IMG/VR virus record: IMGVR_UViG_3300013104_000004
Span: 19,484-83,483 of that record
Reading direction: 5' to 3' (one strand)
Source of the DNA: a virus
Length of the DNA: 64,000 bases
Shown: positions 10,038-17,990 of the stretch, piece after piece
Numbering within the stretch: position 1 is the first letter of the stretch
Layout of the letters: each line of letters starts with the position of its first letter
Notes under the pieces: generated by a model
What the model saw: the letters and a program-made list of their open reading frames with translations, nothing else
What the model was told of the DNA's origin: nothing
Databases searched by the model: none
Translations under genes and position numbers: made by a program

Positions 10038-10415
10038 CTAGTCGAAGCTCTTCTCGCCCTCGCGGACCACGGTCGCACCCGAGGCTCGCAGCTCCGCGAC
10101 GAGCGCCGTGAGCTCCTGGATCTGCGCAGCAGCCTCAGTCGGCGACGTGACCTTGTCGCGGCCCTCCAGGAGGTTCTGCAGCTTGCTGACGACGCCGACG
10201 AGCGCGGCCCCCGTGGCCCCGATCGCCGCGACGAGGCCCGGCGTGACCGTCACGGCCGGGTTCACCTGGTGGAGCACGGCGTTCACGGCGTCCGCCACCG
10301 GCGGGATGGCCACCGCGACCGCGCCGGCGCCCGCCGCGTAGAGCCCCTGCAGCACCGTGCGCAGCGCGCGGCGCGTCGACTCCTTCGCGGCGTTCAGGTT
10401 GAGGTGCTTGGCCAT
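10038..10415 (-). CDS. putative holin
   Basis: RRALRTVLQG motif and two hydrophobic segments; immediately downstream of the endolysin. Confidence 0.75.
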   Translation of the reverse strand: MAKHLNLNAAKESTRRALRTVLQGLYAAGAGAVAVAIPPVADAVNAVLHQVNPAVTVTPGLVAAIGATGAALVGVVSKLQNLLEGRDKVTSPTEAAAQIQELTALVAELRASGATVVREGEKSFD

Positions 10416-10418
10416 GTG

Positions 10419-11264
10419 TCAGCCCTCCTTGTGCGCCGCGCGAGCGGCCTTGTATGCGGCGTCCGTCTCGGCGCCCCAGATGCCGTCGACCTCGACACCC
10501 AGAGCCTTCTGGATCGCCTCGACCGTCTTGTCGTGCGCGGCCGACGACTTCCGACCCCACACGCCGTCCGCCTTCGTGCCGACGACCTTCTGCGCGTAGG
10601 TGACACCGTGAGGGAACTCGCCGCCGTGGAAGTCAGCCGCGGCCTTGACGGTCTCCAGCCGCTTGTCCGTGTCGCGACCCCAGATGCCGTCGACCGTCGC
10701 CCCCACGGCCTTCTGGAGCGCGCGTACGGGGGTGGCACCGCCCGACGGCTTCGAGGAGGGCGTGGGCTTCGGCTTCGGCTTGGCGGCGGCCTTGCCGTAC
10801 AGGCCGCTCATGTCCACGTAGCCCTGAATGATCGAGCCGCGGCGGACCTTACGAGCGCAGACGTTGCCGTTGTACTGGCTGCCTCCCACGATGGCCGAGG
10901 TGTTGCCCTCGATCGTCGTGATGGACCCGTCCTTGTTCACGGCCTCGACGATGCCCACGTGGCAGACCGGGGGAGTGCCGCGGCCGCCGGAGCTGACGGT
11001 CGCCCACATGAAGAGCACCAGGTCGCCACGCTTCGGGTTCGACGTCTTCCATCGGTCGTTCTTCTTGGCCCACGTGACGATGTTCGGCGTCCAGCCAGTC
11101 GCGAGCACGTGGATCCCGGCCTCGGCCAGCACCCAGCAGACGAAGTAGGCGCACCAGGCCGCGTTGGCCGGCGCCTTGAAGAGGGCCTTGAACTTCGAGC
11201 CCCCGACGTTGCCGAGCTCAGCGCGCGCGAGCTTCAGCGCGGCAGCCGCGGTCGCCGCGGCCAT
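10419..11264 (-). CDS. endolysin: CHAP domain plus peptidoglycan-binding repeats
   Basis: WCAYFVCW, HVGIVE and TIEGNT CHAP motifs; three 'LQKAVGxxxDGIWGxxT' repeats. Confidence 0.9.
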   Translation of the reverse strand: MAAATAAAALKLARAELGNVGGSKFKALFKAPANAAWCAYFVCWVLAEAGIHVLATGWTPNIVTWAKKNDRWKTSNPKRGDLVLFMWATVSSGGRGTPPVCHVGIVEAVNKDGSITTIEGNTSAIVGGSQYNGNVCARKVRRGSIIQGYVDMSGLYGKAAAKPKPKPTPSSKPSGGATPVRALQKAVGATVDGIWGRDTDKRLETVKAAADFHGGEFPHGVTYAQKVVGTKADGVWGRKSSAAHDKTVEAIQKALGVEVDGIWGAETDAAYKAARAAHKEG

Positions 11265-11386
11265 CAGAGCTCACCACCCGAGAAGTCCTCGGGGACGAAG
11301 TTCGGGTCCTGGGACACCGTCTCGTCGATCGCATCCGGGTCGGCCGCCGAGGTGTCCTCGGGCATCGGCTCGTCGAGCACTGTCAT
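11264..11386 (-). CDS. 40-aa acidic peptide coupled to the endolysin
   Basis: AGGAGG RBS; MTVLDEPMPEDTSAADPDAIDETVSQDPNFVPEDFSGGEL; TGATG overlap with the lysin start. Confidence 0.6.
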   Translation of the reverse strand: MTVLDEPMPEDTSAADPDAIDETVSQDPNFVPEDFSGGEL

Positions 11387-11439
11387 CGTTCCTCCTGGGG
11401 TGAGTACCTGTTCCTCACCCCGAGGAATCGACCGAGCGG

Positions 11440-11769
11440 CTAGTGCCGGCCCCAGATCGCGTACGCCACGCCTGCCGCTGCAACGAACGGGGAGGCCACC
11501 TGGACCGACTTGGTGAACATGCTCGCGGCGCGCTCTTCGAGGCGCGTCACCCGGAGCGCCAGGACGCTGTGCTGAGTCTGGGCCTCCGAGATCTTCGCGG
11601 CTTGCGTGGCCTGGACGTCCTCGGTGTTCTTGATGCGGCGGGCGTGGTCACCGAGGGCCTGGCCGAGCATCCCCTTGATCTCGCCGACCTCGATCCGCGT
11701 CGCCGTGACGTCCGACCGCAGGCCGGCCACGTCGCTCCCAGAGTTGTTCGTCACGGCCACGTCAGTCAT
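11440..11769 (-). CDS. coiled-coil membrane protein (lysis-cassette associated)
   Basis: heptad-like core and a C-terminal transmembrane segment. Confidence 0.65.
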   Translation of the reverse strand: MTDVAVTNNSGSDVAGLRSDVTATRIEVGEIKGMLGQALGDHARRIKNTEDVQATQAAKISEAQTQHSVLALRVTRLEERAASMFTKSVQVASPFVAAAGVAYAIWGRH

Positions 11770-11873
11770 CGAGTCCCCCAGGGTCGGTCGGTCACCTCCT
11801 GGCATCGACCCCAGAGACGACGCAGGCCCCGGCCGAAGCCGGGGCCCAAGTCGAGATGCGATCACCTCCCAGG

Positions 11874-12254
11874 TCAGGCCTGCGGAGCCTCCGTGTCCTC
11901 CGCGGCGGCGGCGGTGGCGGCGGCCTCGTCGCGCTCGGCCTGGAGCGCCGCCTCGGCCTGCTCTGCCGCGAGCCGCTCGGCCTCCTCTGCCGCAGCGCCC
12001 TCCGCTGCGATGCGCTCTGCCTCCGCGAGGCGCTCAGCCTCGGCAGCGCGCTCGGCCTCCGCGGCCGCCTCGGCCTCCTTCGCGGCCTTGCGCTCGGCGG
12101 CTCGCGCCGCCTTCTCGGCCTTCGCCACCTCGGCCGGCGTGAGCACCGGCTGGTGGTGGAACGGGTCGAGCACGGCGACCGGGGCTTCCGTCGTGCGCAC
12201 GCTGCTCGGCGTGATCGCCGGGTCGTCCGCATGGACGCGGGGGTAGTTCGTCAT
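11874..12254 (-). CDS. Ala/Glu-rich hypothetical protein
   Basis: EAERxA repeats; coupled to the upstream gene. Confidence 0.7.
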   Translation of the reverse strand: MTNYPRVHADDPAITPSSVRTTEAPVAVLDPFHHQPVLTPAEVAKAEKAARAAERKAAKEAEAAAEAERAAEAERLAEAERIAAEGAAAEEAERLAAEQAEAALQAERDEAAATAAAAEDTEAPQA

Positions 12255-12451
12255 CGAGTGCCCACCTCCCGGGCGATCTCCGGCGCCGCGCCGAAGTACG
12301 CGAGGGAACCGTCGGCGCGGACCTCGAACTTCGGGACGGCGGCGTCAGCCGCGACCGTCGTGGCGACCTCGCGCACCGGCTCCGGCGCCTGCGCGGTCTC
12401 GGTGGTCAGTTCCTCCAGCTCGATCGAGCTGGTCTGCACGGGCTTGCCCAT
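12251..12451 (-). CDS. hypothetical protein
   Basis: GGAGGAGG RBS. Confidence 0.7.
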   Translation of the reverse strand: MGKPVQTSSIELEELTTETAQAPEPVREVATTVAADAAVPKFEVRADGSLAYFGAAPEIAREVGTR

Positions 12452-12500
12452 GAGCTCCTCCTCCAGGTGGGATGTGACGTACGCCTGGGGAAATCGACCT

Positions 12501-13247
12501 TCAGCCCGCCTGGAACGCCACGCGCAGCATGTTCAGCGCCTCGGCGCGCGTCTTGCGGATGCGCGACGGCGCCACGCCGAACTCGCGTGCTACCTCGCCC
12601 AGGCCGCGGTTGTGGAAGTACAGCTGGGCCATCACGGCCTGGTGCTCGTCAGGCAGGTCCACGATGCGCGAGGCGACCCGCTCGGCTACCGCGTAGGCGT
12701 CGGCCGCCTCGTCCGTGCGGTCCCCACCGTCGAGGGCCTCCAGGCCGTGGTCCTGCTCGTCACCCGCCTGCCCGGTCGAGCCGATGGGGATCTGCTGGCG
12801 CAGGTGCACGAGCTCGTCGACGTCGACACCGAGCTTCGCGGCCACCTCGGAGCGCGTGGGGGCCCGGCCAAGGTCCTGGGCGAGCTCATCCTCGACAGCG
12901 TGCTGCTCCTTCAGCCGGCGCCACGTCAGGCGGCTGGCCCAGGAGGTGGCCGGGGACTTCAGGCCGTCGAGGATGGCGCCACGGATGCGCATGCTGGCGT
13001 ACGACATGAAGTGCTTGTGCAGGGCGCCGTCGGACTGCTCGATATCGAACCGGCCGACAGCCTCCAGCAGGCCCTGCGCGGCCCACGAAATGAGGTCGTC
13101 GCGCTCAACATGGTCAGGCACCCGCTTGTCGTACGCGATCTTCTTCGCAAGCCAGAAGTAGCCCGCTACGAGTTCGTCGCGCGCGCGCAGATCACCGTCG
13201 TTGCTGCGGCGCCACAGGGCGTCGAGGTTCTCCAGGTCCAGGGTCAC
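12501..13247 (-). CDS. RNA polymerase sigma factor, FliA/WhiG (sigma-28-like) family
   Basis: ARDELV...VERDDLIS...GLLEAVGRFD...FMSYASMRIRGAILDGL; region 3 LGRAPTRSEVAAKLGV; region 4 LGEVAREFGVAPSRI. Confidence 0.9.
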   Translation of the reverse strand: MTLDLENLDALWRRSNDGDLRARDELVAGYFWLAKKIAYDKRVPDHVERDDLISWAAQGLLEAVGRFDIEQSDGALHKHFMSYASMRIRGAILDGLKSPATSWASRLTWRRLKEQHAVEDELAQDLGRAPTRSEVAAKLGVDVDELVHLRQQIPIGSTGQAGDEQDHGLEALDGGDRTDEAADAYAVAERVASRIVDLPDEHQAVMAQLYFHNRGLGEVAREFGVAPSRIRKTRAEALNMLRVAFQAG

Positions 13248-13507
13248 AGCTGGTCGTCCTCCCAGACGTCGTTGGTGCCGAACCAGGCCTCGTGCTCGGG
13301 GCGCCACAGCTCCGCGACCTTGCGGCCGGGCAGCCGGCACACCCGGAAGGTGAACTCGGTGACCTCCAGGTCGAGCACGAAGATCAGCCACGGCGTCAGC
13401 CGGGTCACCGCGGGGGAGAGCTCGCGGGTATACAGCGAGAGCTCTAGGCGCGTGTGCGCGCCGAGCTGCTTGGGCAGGTGCGGAGCAAATCGGTCAATCC
13501 AAGCCAC
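13244..13507 (-). CDS. hypothetical protein coupled to the sigma gene
   Basis: GGAAGGAGG RBS and GTG; GTGA overlap with the sigma start. Confidence 0.65.
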   Translation of the reverse strand: MAWIDRFAPHLPKQLGAHTRLELSLYTRELSPAVTRLTPWLIFVLDLEVTEFTFRVCRLPGRKVAELWRPEHEAWFGTNDVWEDDQL

Positions 13508-13729
13508 GGGGCCTCCTTCCGGCGCCCTAAGGGAACCTCGATGAGCGCCGGGAAGCCAGCGGCACGGCCCCAATACCACCGTGGGCACGTGCCGAGCGCG
13601 GCGGAACACGGACGAGCGAAGGTGAGCATGCTCACGCCGCAGATGGTCGCGATCATCGGAACCCCTCGGGTATCACGCGCGCGGGCGCCACCCAGGCGGC
13701 GCACAGCCGCTCCACTGAATCGCGTCAAG

Positions 13730-13871
13730 AGTTGGGCAGGGCTTGTCAGCCGAACGGCCTAATCGGGGGCCGCCGTCCGAGGCAACTGACTTGTGTGTAA
13801 CCTCGCCCTCGAACCGCTTCGAGACAGTCTTCGAGGCGTCGAGCTCGCGACGGAAGGGCACCCTGCCCGAC
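13730..13871. ncRNA. candidate structured RNA element upstream of the sigma operon
   Basis: 11-bp closing helix GTTGGGCAGGG/CCCTGCCCGAC enclosing several hairpins; no credible ORF. Confidence 0.4.
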
Positions 13872-14107
13872 CGCATGCGCTACCCGAATGGAGTCCAGCA
13901 ATGCAGCTTGGCCACGATCGTCAGACCCCCGTTCGGGATCAGCGCTCCCGTCGCCGCCAGACCGCTACCGCGGCCTGAGCCTCGGCCTAGCCGGCCCACC
14001 CCCAAAGCCACCGCCCCGGCGCTTCGACGCGCCGTAAGCGGCATCGAGCGCGCGCCCTCATCGGCTGCGCGCTCACCCCCGCGCGCCCTCTGCTGGGCCG
14101 GGAGCAC

Positions 14108-14125
14108 CTTGAGAACTCAACAGTG
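14108..14125 (+). promoter_or_regulatory. rrn-type boxA antitermination-like sequence
   Basis: CTTGAGAACTCAACAGTG, matching the actinobacterial rRNA leader boxA (TTGAGAACTCAA) as I recall it. Confidence 0.6.
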
Positions 14126-14148
14126 ACGACGGAATCGACTGATCCCCC

Positions 14149-14296
14149 GGCCGTGCGACGACTCTTCGGACGAGCGAGGCTGATGCCCCGGTGGGGCCGC
14201 TTGGAGACAGCGATGACGGGCGCGGCTTCCTCGGAATCCGACTGGACATCTGAACACCGTGGAAGCCGCGCCGCCCCTAACCACTCGTTGCACGGC
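14149..14296 (+). ncRNA. candidate structured ncRNA downstream of boxA
   Basis: closing helix GCCGTGCGACGA/TCGTTGCACGGC; internal 12-bp GGCGCGGCTTCC/GGAAGCCGCGCC; cUUCGg loop. Confidence 0.55.
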
Positions 14297-14436
14297 ATTT
14301 GCACGCCGTGACGCGAGCGAACACCCCAACGTACCGCCCCCGAGGCATAACACCTATGTCTAGTCAGGAAACTCTCAGCACGTGCTCACAGCGGCACACT
14401 GAGCAACACCGGCGCCAAGGTGTCAGGGTGGAATGC

Positions 14437-14676
14437 ATGACTAGCGTGAGACAGGCAGCCGAGTTCATCGTCCCGGCAGCGCCCCGCCGCTACCGGCGGG
14501 CACCGCGCGCGCAGCGCACCACCGCGACTGGCATCCGGCGACGACAGATCCCGGCGGCCGCAGTCTCGACCGCCCTCCAGCTCGCTGGCGGCGACGCGTC
14601 CCGGTTGCTATTCGATGGCGACGGCTCGGTCTACGTCCTCAACTCCCCGCGCCGTCAGGCCGATGGGACGGCATGA
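14437..14676 (+). CDS. hypothetical actinophage protein
   Basis: ALQLAGGDASRL...DGSVYVLN; ATGA-coupled to the lipoprotein. Confidence 0.65.
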   Translation: MTSVRQAAEFIVPAAPRRYRRAPRAQRTTATGIRRRQIPAAAVSTALQLAGGDASRLLFDGDGSVYVLNSPRRQADGTA

Positions 14677-15002
14677 GGACTCGACTAGCGATCACCCTTC
14701 CCCTGCTCACCCTGGCCCTCGCGGCCTGTTCGGGCGGCACGCCCGCCGCCGCGCCGACGGCCGCCGCCGACGCGAATGAGGCCGCGTACCTCGCCGCCGC
14801 CAGCGCGTACCCAGACCTGGCCGACCTCAGCGACGACGAGATCCTGAAGCCCGCCTACCTGATCTGCCGGGAGCTCGCCGCCGGCCGTATCGCGAGCGAG
14901 GGCACGCTCACCTGGGCGGCCGGCAATCTCGACGTCACGCCGGTGAACACCGTCGCCGGGCTGAAGGCCACGACGCTCTGCCCCGACTGGTACAAGGGCT
15001 GA
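14673..15002 (+). CDS. lipoprotein (DUF732-like)
   Basis: signal peptide with LAAC lipobox; EAAYL...AYLIC...TLCP. Confidence 0.8.
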   Translation: MRTRLAITLPLLTLALAACSGGTPAAAPTAAADANEAAYLAAASAYPDLADLSDDEILKPAYLICRELAAGRIASEGTLTWAAGNLDVTPVNTVAGLKATTLCPDWYKG

Positions 15003-15008
15003 GACGAA

Positions 15009-15044
15009 CGAAGGCCCCGCCCGGATGATCGGGCGGGGCCTTCG
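15009..15044. terminator. bidirectional hairpin terminator between convergent genes
   Basis: CGAAGGCCCCGCCCG / CGGGCGGGGCCTTCG. Confidence 0.7.
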
Positions 15045-15052
15045 GCTGGACC

Positions 15053-15175
15053 CTAGCGCGGGCCGTCGGCGCCGCAGGTGGCGCAGGCGTACGCGCTGCC
15101 ACCAGGGCCCCACGCAGGGATGACCCCGCGCCGCGGCGCCCAGCGGTGTCCGAAGATCCGGCAGAGCCAGCTCAT
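15053..15175 (-). CDS. small DUF1660-like protein
   Basis: WLCRIFGHRW...CATCG. Confidence 0.65.
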   Translation of the reverse strand: MSWLCRIFGHRWAPRRGVIPAWGPGGSAYACATCGADGPR

Positions 15176-15882
15176 GCGCGCGGCGGCCAGGCCCACGAGC
15201 GCGGGTCGCCCTTGCACGAGAACGGCACCGCGTACTCGCGGTAGTCGCCGCCGAGCCCGTGCACGAGCAGGTCGACCGTGGTGTCGTCCGGCAACTCCGC
15301 GACGAGGCTGGCCGGGCGCGAGGAGCCCGAGACCGAGCCGGCGTGGTGCTTCGGGTTCGCGCACCGGCACTGCGCCTTCACCGTCGGCAGCGCCTTCGCC
15401 CCGATGGGCGCCAGCAGGTCCAGCATCGCCTGGCCCTGGCCGGCGACGTCGACGTACAGCCCCAGCCCGCGCAGCGCCGGGTCACCGCCGCCGACAATGA
15501 GCTGGACGATCGAGTCTGCCGCGTCGACGAGCTTCAGCTCGTATGACGCCACCGCCCGGCGCTGGCGCTGCTCGCCCTTGCGGACGTGGACGAGGTGCAC
15601 GACGCCGATCCAGGTCTCGACGACGAGGTACTGGCTCGGGAGCTCGGAGCCCCAGCGCTCGATCACCCCGGGGACCGTCGACTGGCGAGTGCGCAGCACC
15701 ACCGCCGGCGAGATCACGCCATCGCCCATCTTCGAGACGTAGTGCACGATCCGGCCCACCGTCGGCGGCAGCGGCGCGCAGTTCTCGAACGGGCACGACG
15801 GGCAGTAGCGGTGCGTGTCGTGGTACTCGGGCGTCGGGCATGCCTGCACGGCCGCCCTTTCCTTCTGCTCACAGCAGCTCAT
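15172..15882 (-). CDS. hypothetical phage protein
   Basis: PTVGRIVHYV...PAVV...VDLLVHG...SWAWPPR phage motif with internal insertions. Confidence 0.65.
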   Translation of the reverse strand: MSCCEQKERAAVQACPTPEYHDTHRYCPSCPFENCAPLPPTVGRIVHYVSKMGDGVISPAVVLRTRQSTVPGVIERWGSELPSQYLVVETWIGVVHLVHVRKGEQRQRRAVASYELKLVDAADSIVQLIVGGGDPALRGLGLYVDVAGQGQAMLDLLAPIGAKALPTVKAQCRCANPKHHAGSVSGSSRPASLVAELPDDTTVDLLVHGLGGDYREYAVPFSCKGDPRSWAWPPRA

Positions 15883-16041
15883 GGCCTGCTCCAGTTCCTG
15901 GTCCTTCGCGAGAACCACTCTCACGATGCCCCCGGGCATCGACACATCCCGTCGTCACTGCTGAGCACCTGCGCACAGCGGATTATCGAAAAACGCCGAG
16001 AGTTCCATCGCGGAAGCGGACCTGCCGTGGTGCCTGGCGCG

Positions 16042-16074
16042 AAAATCCCCCCCGGTCGGTTAACCGGGGGGGAT
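16042..16074 (-). terminator. intrinsic terminator of the 16094..17230 gene
   Basis: ATCCCCCCCGGT/ACCGGGGGGGAT stem followed by TTTT on the - strand. Confidence 0.7.
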
Positions 16075-16093
16075 CGTTCGCTGTGCGGGATCG

Positions 16094-17230
16094 TCAGCGC
16101 GCCATGCGTGCCCGGAGTGCGGCCAGCGTGTCGCGCGCGGCGTCCGCCTTGACGCGCTCCGGCGCCTTGCGGGTGGCGGCGCGACGGGCGCCGGTGCCGT
16201 TGCTCGCAGCCAGCACGTAGGACCCGCCGACAGCGGGACCCGCCAGGCGCTCCGGGCTGACAGTGTGCCCGTGCGAGAGAGACACGCGCCGGAGTGCGTC
16301 CCGCTGTCCGTCGGCGCCGATGCCCTGCCCGGAGCCGAGGCCGCGCGTCATGGCGGTAGCGACAGCGGACCGGTACAGCCCTGAGGTGAGGTGCGGGACC
16401 GGGCGCGCGGCAGGCGGGCAGGGGACCGGACCCGCCAGCACGTGCACGGGCTGATATCCGAGCGCGTACGGGTACCCGTTGCTGTCAGTGAGCTCGGGGG
16501 ACCGGCGCCCGATGGCACGCACCCCCGGGCGCTGTCCGTCCCGCACGGACTGGCGCCACGTGCGGACCATGGCGCGCGCCGGGCGCTCCGCCAGTCCGTC
16601 GCGGTCCCGCTGTCCGCCAGCGCTGACGACGACAGCGCCGCGCCGGATGACGCGGCCTGCGTAGGTGTGCGCCACGGTCCGCACGTCGGCGGGCGCGTCG
16701 TCAGCGGCCAGCACGTCCGCCACGGGCGCGCCGACAGCGGCCAGCGCGACGGCCAGCGCGTCCCGCACGTCCGCCACGGTCCGCGTGTCGTCGGCGCCAG
16801 TGAGCGCCCGTGCGAGGCGCGTCGCGACGACGCGGCCGGACGCGCTCACCACGTCAACGATCGGCGCATGCGTGCCACGGGCAGGTACGTCGTCGCACGT
16901 GCGGCCGTCGCTGTCGCGCGACCCCAGAACGGCCGACAGCACGAGTGCCGTGGTGATATCCGGGCACGCGGCACGGGCGGCGCGGATACCGTCGGCGACA
17001 GCGTCCGCCAGCGTGTGCGGCGCCGCCACGGGCGCGGCGCCCGCCATGGCGTGCAACGTCTCCAACGGGACCGCGATCTCACGCGTACCCGTCGCGTCCC
17101 GCATGGCGCCGGTCACGGCTCCGTGTGCGTCGGGCTCCGCCCGGATGCCAGTCACGGCCGTCAGCGCGGATTCAAGCGCGGCGCCCGTCAGCGTCGCGAT
17201 GTGGTCCCAATCAATCGTCAGCGTGTGCAT
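16094..17230 (-). CDS. hypothetical protein with atypical composition (no Phe; TCGA-free DNA)
   Basis: GGGAG RBS; 378 aa; has its own terminator. Confidence 0.65.
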   Translation of the reverse strand: MHTLTIDWDHIATLTGAALESALTAVTGIRAEPDAHGAVTGAMRDATGTREIAVPLETLHAMAGAAPVAAPHTLADAVADGIRAARAACPDITTALVLSAVLGSRDSDGRTCDDVPARGTHAPIVDVVSASGRVVATRLARALTGADDTRTVADVRDALAVALAAVGAPVADVLAADDAPADVRTVAHTYAGRVIRRGAVVVSAGGQRDRDGLAERPARAMVRTWRQSVRDGQRPGVRAIGRRSPELTDSNGYPYALGYQPVHVLAGPVPCPPAARPVPHLTSGLYRSAVATAMTRGLGSGQGIGADGQRDALRRVSLSHGHTVSPERLAGPAVGGSYVLAASNGTGARRAATRKAPERVKADAARDTLAALRARMAR

Positions 17231-17490
17231 TGTGTCTCCCTAGTCTGGGCGCCCGTGTGGCGCCGCACTCATTCTGTCGGAATGTGCGCGGCGTTGCTTA
17301 ACAGTGAGCGGCGCGATTGTTTGCGCCGCTCGAAAGGCACGCAACGAACCGTGCCACCGACTTGCCTACGAGCTCGAAGCACAAACGAGCGCCCGCCGGC
17401 CTGCCTGCACGCCGGCGCACGCACACACGCTTCAGGGGCTCCAGTGGTGAGTTTTTCGGCCCTGCCAGTAGTGCGCCCGACTTCGGGCGC

Positions 17491-17581
17491 CGAAACGGTG
17501 CGCCGATTGCTTAGAGATGAGGCACGGTGCACGGCGACGACGACAACGTCGAAACGGTGCGCGAGTTGCTTAGAGATGAGG
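17491..17581 (+). repeat. tandem 32-bp direct repeat (candidate duplicated promoter)
   Basis: CGAAACGGTGCGCnnnTTGCTTAGAGATGAGG at 17491-17522 and 17550-17581. Confidence 0.75.
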
Positions 17582-17618
17582 GCGCCGCACGGTGCGGCGC
17601 ACGACGAGCGGAGACGAC

Positions 17619-17771
17619 ATGGACTTCGAGACCTACGAGCGGCGCCTGCGTGCGCTGCACGTCCAGGTGGGACGCGGCTTTCTGACGCCGGATGAGGCGT
17701 TCATGGAGGCACACGAGATCGCCGCCGAGTTCTGGATCCAGGCGATGACGCCGGTGGAGGTGCCCGCATGA
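17619..17771 (+). CDS. small hypothetical protein, first gene of the early + operon
   Basis: GGAG RBS; MDFETYERRLRAL... Confidence 0.65.
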   Translation: MDFETYERRLRALHVQVGRGFLTPDEAFMEAHEIAAEFWIQAMTPVEVPA

Positions 17772-17899
17772 CGTGGCACCCGCTTGACCTGCCAGCTCAC
17801 CTCCAGCTCCCCGCCGAGGCGCCTCCCGCGCCGCCGGTGACGTTCCACGACGACCCGTGGCAGCACGACCCCGACCGCGCAACGCGGCGCGGGTTCTGA
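17768..17899 (+). CDS. small hypothetical protein
   Basis: GGAGG RBS; ATGA coupling. Confidence 0.5.
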   Translation: MTWHPLDLPAHLQLPAEAPPAPPVTFHDDPWQHDPDRATRRGF

Positions 17900-17920
17900 G
17901 GCCGCTGCTGACTAGACGCT

Positions 17921-17970
17921 CTGCATGCACACCGACCAGCTCGGGGCGCGTGTTGTCCGCCTAGTCGGAC
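17921..17970 (+). promoter_or_regulatory. two-hairpin RNA element, copy 1
   Basis: CTGCAT-hairpin-TGT, one unpaired T, then a GTCCG/CGGAC hairpin; co-varies with copy 2. Confidence 0.55.
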
Positions 17971-17990
17971 TGAATGACGCCTGCTAGAGC

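Noticed and set aside
8805-11516. 903-aa + strand ORF and similar long antisense ORFs (11856..13544, 47801..49432, 58688..60949)
   Set aside because: Antisense shadows of well-supported - strand genes in high-GC DNA
17491-17581. mini-CRISPR array
   Set aside because: Only two non-palindromic, imperfect copies at a promoter position, with no cas genes
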